From Phoronis australis (taxonomy: Eukaryota > Animalia > Phoronida): a stretch of DNA of 64,000 bases. The stretch spans positions 596,373 through 660,372 of the forward strand of contig NMRA01000061.1 of NCBI GenBank assembly GCA_002633005.1, read 5' to 3'. The first letter of the stretch is position 1; each line of letters starts with the position of its first letter. The notes beneath the pieces were generated by a model. That model worked only from the letters and a program-made list of their open reading frames with translations, was not told the origin of the DNA and did no database searches. Both the position numbers and the translations under genes were made by a program. Below are positions 12,111 through 22,677 of the stretch, one piece after another.

Positions 12111-12862
12111 CTGAAAAATAAGTCCGAGTGCAAATACTTCTTTACAGTCAGTTTCTGCGTCACGCAACTGCCCCCACAGGGGTCGCATTTTGTTCCCATT
12201 CAAGTCAGAGTTTGTGTGAAGAGCTCCAGCAATTTGACGACGATTTAAGCCGACGAATCTTAAATAAAGCACTAATTTTCCGCATGAAACCATCCCGTGA
12301 TCTCATGTAATCATAAATGAATGATATTCACTCATACAGGTACCCGGATAAAGACCAAAGATAAAGGCAATCCAGTTCCTTCGAGAACAGTTAACTTCAG
12401 ATAACATGAAATGTTGATTTCGTAGTTAGTGTTAGCCTAGTTTGTATAATGGTCAGAATAGTTTTGTGTTCATGTGACTTCTGAAACCAAATATTAACGC
12501 AATGGCTTTTAATGAAAATGTATCAAAATTTAATTAGAGTAAAAAAATGCGTGACACTCATGTTTTGTTTCGAGAGAACTTGCTTGCTCAACTCACACCA
12601 GTTTCAGTGTTAAGCGTCACGATTCCCTGTGCTCACGAATCAGAGGTACGGTGACCTTGTATGTAAAATTCAAAAGGAATATTGTGTATGACGACACCCA
12701 TGATTTTCAACTGTCTGCAAAATTCTAAACCACTTTACGGGCTAGTTATCCCCTCCAAGCTCAAAATGGCTTTTTTGTTCTTTAAGTAATGTGGTGCAGG
12801 TTTCAATACGAGTCAGTGTACAGGCCAGAACCAATTATACTTTTTGCCTTACTACAACTTAC

Positions 12863-12975
12863 AATGCAGTATCCCTTGCAGTTTTTGGAGATAGTCACGC
12901 CCTTGGAAACAAACGGGTCGCCACATGCTGAAAGGGTATTGGTGCAAATGTAGCATTCCAGTGCCATCGATGTGC
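12863..12975 (-). CDS. Ly6/three-finger protein, exon 2
   Basis: ttttgcag acceptor and gtaagt donor; phase 1->0; encodes (G)TSMALECYICTNTLSACGDPFVSKGVTISKNCKGYCI; missed by the ORF track. Confidence 0.9.
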
Positions 12976-14410
12976 CTGCAAAATAACGAACAAGATGCTG
13001 ACAGTATGAATCATTGTGCTAGCCGGTCGTAATTAGTCAGTAGCGATAGTACGACTGCATCTTAACCGAGCCATGCCCATCATTGTAGTCACTGACCTAC
13101 ACGCAGTGCCGGATTAAAGTTTCTCGTGCCCTAGTGACATATAAAATTGTCTATGCTACCCACCCCGCCCCCTCCTCAGTGACATCTGACATCCCACACG
13201 CCGGGTGAAAAGATATTCCATGCCCTCCTTGTTAATGTTTACGGTATATCGGAAGTCAGTTCCGACAAGGCATATAGGATAGAAGTAACCAGTGGTCGTG
13301 TACTAATGTCTCGTATTCTACAGAGGGGACACGAATGGACAATATACTCGACCAATACTGCCGTTGCAGTAGAAGGACTTTTTGTCTAACAATCTAATAA
13401 TTACACGGGTGACAACAGTCGATTCCAGTGTGACTGGGGTGTGTATAGTACTAAAATACGTTTGTGTTTTTACACCCCGGCTGTAGGGGTAATGTTTATA
13501 ACATGCATCACATTGTTCACCTCTCTTGTGATTGGAATCTTGCTACTATTTTGGCCAAAAAGTCTGAAGAACTGACAAAATTTCAACTCTTTCGAAGTAT
13601 TGAAATCGTCTTCAATTTGACTAAGGAACAATTTGAGACCAATTTTATAGGGGCAAGTTGTCTAAATCAAAAGTGAATTTTTGCTACGGAAGGCAGATTT
13701 ATTACCGCTTTAAGTTTAAAAATTGTTTGATAAGATCACTGGCTACACTGCTTATTTCAGGGTTTCTGGCCTTTGTCTTCAGAATTGCACGTGAGTTGTA
13801 CGGCTAGGCACATTTCATGAAAAGTCTTAAAGGGGAGGGAACTTTTTTTCATGTCGTTTTAGCAAAAATACGGTTCGTTGATTATCCCACACACATGTTT
13901 CAGTTAATTACGGTTCTTCTGAAATTTTACTAATTAATCATGCATTAATCCGGAACTGACGTTTAGGGGGGTTAAGAATTTCCCGCCGTTTTGTTTCTAA
14001 TGCGTTCGAGTTTACTGTGAGGATCTGTTGCTTTTGTGCTGGTTACCTAAAATTGTCGTTACCACTTCCCATTGAGGAGTATTCTACGACAAGCTAGATT
14101 GTTAGAGCACTCAATTACGTTGGGTTTAGGAATCTTTTAAAGTGTAATTTGCAAGGTCCAAGTATGTTAAATTGCAATTAATATCTTCAAGGTATTGCTA
14201 TTTGGATGTATTTTATTCAAATCATCGTATTATTGTATCTTTAGTTATTTTAAAAAAGCGAAAATAAGAAAATGCGCGAAAAGTTGACCTTTGACACCGT
14301 GACATGGTGTTGGGGAACACAAACCAGATCATATCCCACAATGCAGTTCACTACTATTATATCACAGTACACGAAGAACAAAGACCGTTCAACCTTGGCG
14401 TGTTTTAGCC

Positions 14411-14656
14411 ATGGTGCATCGGTGTGTGTGTGCTAACTATTTTAACACCACCCAGGTGGAAGGCATGAGCCCATTTAAATTCTAAAAAGACAAGCATCTG
14501 GCTGCGTAATGGCAGGTTTTCGTGTGCTCTGCTCGTCTTTTGAAAATGACTGTCGAGTCAGCCATCTGTCGGAGCCGAAATATGCTCCGACCATTTTGAG
14601 GACGGCTGCTTTGACGACAAACACATCATGAAGGTTGAAGCTGGTCTTATAAAAAG
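14411..14656 (+). pseudogene. THAP-domain exon (decayed) at the left end of the Kolobok
   Basis: MVHRCVCANY...FKF*KDKHLAA*W...CSDHFEDGCF, ending at a gtaagt donor; candidate next acceptor ttttcag at ~15099. Confidence 0.65.
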
Positions 14657-16033
14657 GTAAGTTACCTTGAGAATTTTGATGTCTAATAATTCATGACGCT
14701 TTCGCAGTGCCTGGACAATAACAATCTTTTTTCACAATCACCGTAGTTCTCAAGTGTTTAAAATCTGTTGTTTTTCCGTGAAAGATTTAGTTATTAATGA
14801 TCAGTAAAACTAAAAGTCACAACAAATAAAGCTGATCTCAAAAGATGCATGTATTTTGAAAAGAATGCAGACTATGAATAAAGTAAAACAGGATGGTAAC
14901 TCAATTCACAGGTTTTGATTATTAAAGTAGTCTGCTTCAAAAAACAGGATTAAAATCTAGTTTTGGCATTTGCTTGAAGGTTATCAAAGAAGGCGAAAAC
15001 TTGCAATTAGATATCATCGTGTTTTACTTTAATCATGGACAACTCTGGATTCAAAATGTTTTTTTTTTACTTTTGAATTGCCGCTGTTGTGCTTTTCAGA
15101 GTATGTAAATGAAAGGAGAACACCTTCCACTTAGTGCGGAACAAAAGAGAAGCTGGAGATCTTGAAATTCGCTTAGAAATTGATGCCCCTCCTATGCCGA
15201 CTGCTGGTGCTCCAGATGTGTCCAAGGAGGATGCCGTGGCACAGATAAATTCAGACTTGGTGCTTTGTCAATGGACAGCACTGGAATTTCTTTCCGTCAC
15301 ATATTTAACACTCACTACCAATGTTTTAGATCAAATTTTTGATAGTGGTACAGATAGCAATGCCAGAGTGTTTATAGTACCAGTAGTGGAAATTGTGAAA
15401 AGCTTTTGTTTGTGGTATTTGGCTGTCCCATTTGTACAGATAAACCCAGTGATATACTATGTTCTTATATTGAAACTAGTGGCAGATTTAGAGGGGGGCC
15501 ATGCCCCCCCTAAAATTCTCCCAGATTCCATTTGACTGTTTGGGGGTGCGAATGTCTGACGGGCAAAATCCTGACTAATACCGTGCCCTGACCCCCCTAA
15601 CTCAAAATCCTGGATCCGCACCTGGAAACATTTCAATGGTTCTTCAATACAATGACTATAAATATTGCGGCTTAGCTTTTTTAAGTATATTTGATTTGCA
15701 CTAAACTGTTGCTGTCCCACACAGTGGGTCGGTATAGGAAGACTTTCTTAAGTGGGGGTGAAAAGGTACTTGTTTGGGTCGTCAGTCTTTTCGTGGGACA
15801 ATCTCATCTAAATTGTAAACAGAATAATCACTTGCACATAATTCGAACATTGTCTTAGGAATTTTTGAGTGAGTGGTATAAGCACTCCCTTCAGATTTCC
15901 CAATTCCTACTCATGTGCATACTTTTTGTGTTTTCAAACCATGTCATAGACATCTAAAGCTATTGCATACTGGAGCTTTTGGGTTGAGATTCAGTGGTTG
16001 CTGTGTCGTGTTATTTGATTTCTCATTGAATTA

Positions 16034-16173
16034 CAGTAGAACTCGCTAAGTTGTATCCAGTGAGACTGAGATATTTCATCAAAGTTAGAGTTATTTGGAG
16101 GCGTTACTGCGGAATTAATGCTAACCTTTCGAAAGTTCCCACTGAAGCCCTACCAATTTAGAGAGTTCTACTG
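16034..16173. mobile_element. 140-bp Tc1/mariner(pogo)-type MITE nested in the Kolobok
   Basis: TA|cagtagaactc...gagttctactg|TA. Confidence 0.8.
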
Positions 16174-16993
16174 TATAAGAAGAGGGCAGAAGATTCAGTC
16201 TCAACTTCAGACTATGGCCCAGATTCAAAACTTTTAATTTTTTATGTAACAGCCATACTGTTCAATGTGTTCGCTTCAAGCACACAAACTGGGCTCCAAT
16301 GAGACAAATTCCTCTGTTTACCTAGGTAAACCATAAGTTTACCTGATGTTGAGTTTAGAGGTTGAAAAGGGAGTCCTAGTTAAATTACACTTGTCATGAC
16401 CATGTTATCATAAGTAACCAGATTGATGAGCATCAATAAATGCTGCTCGCTGTGTTAATTATTTACCATTCTGAAACCTCAGAAGTCTATTCATGGAATG
16501 CCTTCTTCAATTTCATGCCGCTGAGGTTGCACTGCGATTGCATTCGTTTATTACGAAGTTTGATCTTTTTATGGAATTTGTCACTACAACTTTTTGTAAC
16601 TCGTTTGAATTACATAAAACTAGTCCCCGAGTCACAAGTTTTTATAACAGAATACATAGGTCATGTGGAGGAGTTGGCATTCCAGGGCTAAGACAAATGT
16701 TGATGTCTATAAATGGGTGAAAATCCTTGGAACTCAAAAGTCTTCCTCATTTCCTGGCGGAGGGTAGAAAGCTCAGATGCAGGCTACTGCGCATGCTGGA
16801 ATGACAACACGGACAGTTTGTCTTGAGTGACCGTGTACCCATCTTTGGAACTGTCTGTAGGCCACGTGTCAAATCCTTTTATCCAAGGGTCTGTCATAGC
16901 CATCAGGATATTGGCTTTTGTACTGCAACCATGCAGTCTCCAAAACATCACGATTGATGTATACAGTGGTGAGGAGGAATTTTTTCACAGTCA

Positions 16994-17176
16994 GTGGGTG
17001 GATATATGTTTGAGCCCAAGTATAGTGAGGCAGCATACGCACAGACAGCTGTTGAGAAGAATGAGGCAGAGACTGAGGACAGACGTGGTGGGACGTCTTG
17101 GTGCAACTGCACGGTGTGCAGTGTTATGCCGACCTCAATCGAACACCTATGCTGTTCCCACTGGACAGTGATCTGA
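16994..17176 (+). pseudogene. KolX / P2X7 C-terminal ballast-like cysteine-rich domain, N-terminal fragment
   Basis: GYMFEPKYS...R.GGTSWCNCTVCSVMPTSIEHLCC matches the YxFEP...WCxCxxCxxMxxxxExxCC signature. Confidence 0.75.
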
Positions 17177-17212
17177 GCACCCAAACCGCTTATATTCCGC
17201 AGTGTGGCTCCT

Positions 17213-17788
17213 TCACCACTCACCTAGCTCAGATACTTTAGTCAGGTCTACAATAAACTTATTAAAATTTGAGTCACCAGTCTGATCACTGGACGACGAA
17301 CTGTCCTCCCTACTGCGTGTCGAACCTGGCCTGTATTCACTCCCAGTACTCAACATCGCAGCAGGGCTGCTTACAGGCTTTGGGCTGGACACAACCCCAG
17401 AACAGGGCAAATCACCGCTAGTTCCCGGAATTGTACACCCTGGGGTACTTTCGGAGGCACCGGCGAGAGTATATGAAGGGCCTCCAGTCACTGTAGAGGC
17501 CACAGCTCGCGAGGCTCCTCGCTTCAAACATGCATTTGTCGGGGGTGGCGACGGGGCACTGCCGGAAATCAATAGCGACAGAATGGCACTCTTTTTCAGG
17601 CGTTGTCACACACTCACAAACTCGGTAATGTTTCAGTGCTTTGTACGTTGCATGGACGGTAACGTTGCGTTCTTCACACGACAGGTACGGCGGAGCGTGT
17701 AATCTATCGGAAAGCGATGTAATGGCATACCCAAAGTCCCCGTGAAATGATAATGAGTACACCCCGGTATGTAGAAAACCCGCGGCAT
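17213..17788 (-). pseudogene. THAP plus N-terminal part of a Kolobok transposase (truncated)
   Basis: MPRVFYIPGC...LHRFP...RVC; then a Ser-rich linker with EYRP and KFIVDLTKVSEL; frameshifted. Confidence 0.6.
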
Positions 17789-18733
17789 GTTGATGACTGA
17801 CTCGTAAACAAACGCAAACGACGGCCGAACTAACCGCAACCTGGGTAAAACAATGACTGACTCGACAGTTCATACAATCAGACAATATGAATACAAAATG
17901 GCGGGGAATTCTTAACTCCCTAAACGTCACATCTGGAGTAGGGCACGACTTCGTTGATAAAATTACAGGAAGCTATTATTAACTGAAGAATGTGTCTGGG
18001 ATAACCAACAAACCGTATTTTTACTAAAAATGACATGAAAAATGATGCCTTCTCCTTTCAGTCCGGTCTTAGCTAAGAAGTTCGTAATTTCCAATTGAAT
18101 TCGCACACAGTTTATTAACGTTGCTCGCGAAAGCGCTCGTTGAGTCTGTATATGAAAATTATTCAACTTTAAGTCACTTGTAATACTTTCCTTATATTAA
18201 AAAACGGACCTCTTAGCTTAATTGGTTTAAAATTGCATTTCGTCATATTCAGCTCATGGACAAAAATAAAACTAGGTCAATTACCCCCATCGCAATCGGT
18301 ATCATAATAAGACTTCATTTTTGCTAAAAATATAGTCAGAAACATTCGAGTCAAAAAAGTTCCACCAGGCCTTGCAAACAACCCTTTCATCAATAGCAAC
18401 ATTCGACCCGATTAATTCTTCCGTGGAAAAGGAATTTTAGTTTTAAGACCGTTTGATAAACGTATTTCTCGATTTCCTGTTTAGGGGTAAATAGAAAAGA
18501 AGCGCATCTTTAATAGGGAACCCGCCTTAGCATCGACGTAATGTAGACAATTTATTAATTTTCAACGCAAAAATCTCATTTAAATTCAGTCCGTTTAGTA
18601 ATTTCTGCCAGGATATGGCAATCTAAACCGGTGACACGTCAAAACCGAAGTTAAACTGGATTTTGTAAAGGTGCAATAAAATAGGCTTATTATTCAAAAA
18701 GCGACATTTGTCCCTAATCAAAATCCAACTTAC

Positions 18734-18776
18734 CAATGCAAGCCAAAATAACCAAACATACACCAGAAGTGTTCAT
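18734..18776 (-). CDS. Ly6/three-finger protein, exon 1 (signal peptide)
   Basis: cacaATG MNTSGVCLVILACI-G|gtaagt; phase 1 joins exon 2 to give ...IGTSMA/LECY; whole CDS 363 bp, 120 aa, 10 LU-domain cysteines. Confidence 0.8.
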
Positions 18777-19032
18777 TGTGTTTCTATCGGTGTTTGCGTC
18801 CTCACCCTAGGAGTGTCCAGGCAGAAGTAACGGACGACGCCCGTTCTAGTGTTGTTTGGTTACCACTGTGTCACGCGACAGTTGCTGTAGAGATACGGTG
18901 ATAAGGCAACGCCGAATCCTCAGGTGGGATTAGATGGGACAATGGGACTATTAGACAATCTTTACATTACAAGAGGGCGCGCGTGTACTAGTGGTGATAG
19001 ATTAAGCAGCCTCGATTTCGCGAGCCCTTTAA

Positions 19033-20689
19033 AGGAGCATGCCACCCAAAAAACATCCTAATTTGTATCAATTTAGATCGAGTAGTTCTACTCCATAAGG
19101 GCACGTACGGTTGCGCTACCTGACACCTGATTGCAGACAGAGGTGTCTAAATTATCCAATGACGTAATTGGTTTCACACTCAGTCTGTTCGGCAGTTCAC
19201 AACACGGGTTACTTGTGTCAGCTTATTGCTTGAATTCATCAATAAATCATCAAACTTCGATGTAAAACCCTTAAAAATACACCGAGTTTTGTTTTATTTC
19301 GTTGTGGCGGATTTATTGGTGTTTGGACACACCGTAGCCTACAAAGTTCGGCAGGCCAATAAGGTCCGTAGCATTAGGAGTTTGGAGTCTGTTCGGAGAT
19401 AAATTCGAAACATTTTTCCGTGAGATACAGACAGGAGAACCTAGATCTGTGTTGTTTAGACTTGTGATTTTTTAGTTCTAAACACACAAACCGCTTGTTA
19501 TCCTGGCCAGTGGCTCGGAGCCCGATCAGGCCTGTCGCGGCCGGACTGATTGGTTATGATCCCAGCCAGTGGCTTGGAAGCCGATCAGACATCACGAACA
19601 TAAACCAGCCAAAGTTGGAAACTAAACTTCCAGTCAAGAAAACACAATACTAGTGAGCCAAAGAAGTAAATTACACGTGATTATGTTGGTGAATTAGCCA
19701 CGAAACTGCAAATCTACTTACTCGTCGGAGGCCGCGAACTTAGGCTCCGCTTTGGCCACAGAACCGTCAGGGCAGAAGTTGTACATTAACAATCACTATT
19801 TGAATAACATAAATGTAAATAAAGATTCCCCGAACACCTGTGGGATAGAAATCGAGTTGTTTCAAAACTGTTTCTTTCAGCAAACATTGAATTAGCACGA
19901 GCTCACACGGCCTCGGTGTCCTGTCAATTAGTTTTATTGCATCTAAAGCCGGTAACGCAGTGATTTATTCATTGCTGGCTTCTCAAATCATTTGCACTCA
20001 CGAACACTCCAAAGGCATTACAAATTGCATCTAATGAAACAGACTTTGTTTCAGTTTTATATAAGTATTGGTAAGGGTGAGAATAATTCGTTTTGAAACA
20101 GAACGCTCAAACGCCAACACAGATAGCAGCTGACTCGCAATCCCGACTTAGACGAGAGCTCATCCCGACGAAGACTTCGCTGGTGGATCGTTAAGTTTCA
20201 CAGGTTATCAGTTCGAACAGGAATACAGTGACGAAGAAATACTAGAGAGGCGCCGTGAACAAGCTCAGACAACGGAACGTGTGGAGAGTTATTTAGTAAG
20301 CCGCACTGTCCCGCGACGACTGCAGGCCACAGACACGGAGATGTTTTACGGCCTCACACTTGCTATTTACAGCGTACTTTTCATTCTTCACTATCGCGAG
20401 CCACTTCCTAAGCATTTCGGACTTTCGAGGAAGTCGAAAAAACAATATACCCGCTTTCCTCGCAGCTGCATAGTTCGGACAAGCGGGAATGCATCGTTCC
20501 CGCTTGTCCGCTATATAGCGGCATTCACTCTGCAGACGAACCTCTGACGTCGCTGCGTCGTTTCTTACCTTCCTCACAGGTTAACGCGACACCTCTCGGC
20601 AAGGTGAGGTCGACCGTATTAAGAGGCGATGTGGATATAGACCGATTAAGATGGTAAAAAAGTCTAATTAAATCGGGAAGCATTCTCCT
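19033..20689. mobile_element. Non-autonomous Kolobok-type element
   Basis: TTAA|aggagcatgc...gcattctcct|TTAA; KolX-like GYQFEQEYSDEE on + (~20200-20280) facing a THAP relic CIPACPN...FFRLP...KW...RVC on - (20300-20490); empty TTAA site in the paralogous block at 5706-5709. Confidence 0.8.
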
Positions 20690-22180
20690 TTAAGAATTCG
20701 AAGTGTATAGGAAAAATACAATTCGGTCTCGTTCGATACACAGAATAAGGGCTCGTGGGGTATTATTTCATCTATATATTTCGCCACTCGAGGTGCGTTT
20801 TGTGTATGTCACCCAAATTCATCGAGAACCACAGCGTTGCTCGTGGAAGACGCGACATTCGAAAAAAATTCGAAATGCTTTATCAGCACAGATTCTATAC
20901 AATGGTTTTTATTGAAGCCTCAGATTAGCTTATGTATGGGTAACATCATTTTATCAAATAATTCCATGACAATATTGTGTGATAGGATGGACTCTTGAAC
21001 TTCCCTGAAGCTGAAGCTAACTTGAATAAGGCAAGTGATGTCAGAGCTTGGAACGCTGAAGTTTACTGAGCTAAAAATCCAAATTAATTCATGTATAAAC
21101 ATTCCTAAGTACTTAAAGTAGTTCGAATTTAGTACCGCCAAGTTACCCTTATGTGAAGTTTCTTGGTTTTCCTTCATTCCCTTGTCTTGAAATCAAATTC
21201 GGTGAAATTTCTCACAACTAACGCGATTATTTAATAAGCGTTGACACCACTAAAGTAAATGCAACTGAATATTGGACAACTCTGTTGACGTCTGCACGAA
21301 CTGTATGATTGATGCAGTGCGTCCTCATTAATGCTGAACAGTGCCCGGAATGGTCATCATAACAGGAGTGGATCCAACATCGTGTCCTGAGGGATTTGAC
21401 CGTGTAGTGACAATTGTGGAAATAATAATAATTTAGATTAGTCTACAAACAGCTGTAATACCAGCCACTTCAATCAAAGCGTTATATGGCCAGACGTAGT
21501 GAAGCGTTACCTTTTCGCGCGTTGAAATGTTCCTACTCAACGCGTACAGTTGCTTAACCAACGCGTAGTATAGCTTAATCAACGCGCTGGATTAGTCATT
21601 CAACGTGCTGAATTGATTCTTAAACGATTATCGTTCTGCTCTTATCCAACGCTTACTGTTGCTTAATCTAAGCGTAGTATTGTTTAATTAACGCACTGAA
21701 TTATTTACCTATAGCCGCGCAAGTGGTTCGCATATTGGCGTATGCGCCTTAGTTCCGCATCAACCCAGGTAATGTCCCCTGTATAGGCCCATACATTCGT
21801 TCGCATGTAGGCGCACCTGTTTTGACTACAGCTGTGCCTACTAATGGAATTTTTTACGATTGCCTCTGTATCTTTGGAGTTCCTAGGCGTAATGTTAAGA
21901 AATTTGGCAAATAGTTTTGTATTGCTGTATGGCCTCGCTATCAAGTTCATGAACCTACATTCTAAAGTAATGCCTTTCTGCACAAACATCCATGGGCCTA
22001 ATGGTTCACCAATAAGCCATTCAACGCGTAGTATTGCTCATTCAACGCGCTGACATAGTTATTGTTGTGTCCAACCAATGACAAGTTTGCAGTTAGTACG
22101 TACCGCCGCGAGGCGGCAGCACAGACGAAACATGGCCGGGGTAGAACACAATTTTCGAAACTGGAGCAGAGTTCAGTAAC
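20690..22180 (+). repeat. Upstream block of the Ly6 duplication, copy 2
   Basis: Collinear with 5700-7212. Confidence 0.9.
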
Positions 22181-22677
22181 TCTAGGACCTCGCTAAAAAG
22201 CAAGACTTCGCGGTATTGTCATGTATTTGTAATGAGAACACGTGATTGTGGCTAGATCTCAGCAAGGTCCTAGCGTAACTGAACTCTACCCTTACCTTGC
22301 ATGCACTTGGAAAGTCTCCCGCCATTTTGAAATTTGAGATTGTAGTGTGTTCTGTTATACCAATAAAGTCATATATCCAGTATATTAATACGTTTATTAT
22401 GGAGAGCACAAATACACTACTTATCAGATCGAGCTGTGGCCATTAGAGGAAGTAAGTCAAGTTCAATGTGGCTTCCAAATAACAACATTACTTAACTAAC
22501 ACATGACAGAGAGCACGGACGTGATTGAACTACATGACCTGATTAAAAGTGGGCGTTGAATAAGCAATAGTATGCGCTAAATAAGAACAGAACATGAGGT
22601 ATTCGTTCACAATCCATCTCAGCGCGTAAAATATCTAATACTACGCGTTGATAAGCAATTTAAGTGTGCGTTGAATA

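Larger units (their letters stand above)
13831..18056. mobile_element. Kolobok-type DNA transposon (internally deleted) in Ly6 intron 1
   Basis: ttaa|AGG...CCT|ttca ends; imperfect TIRs of ~170-180 bp (13831-14010 vs 17885-18056); THAP and KolX-like relics inside. Confidence 0.8.

Noticed and set aside
11904-12293. 129-aa single-exon ORF as listed in the track
   Set aside because: The first 61 residues are intron read-through; the acceptor at 12111 and two upstream exons give the true Ly6 protein
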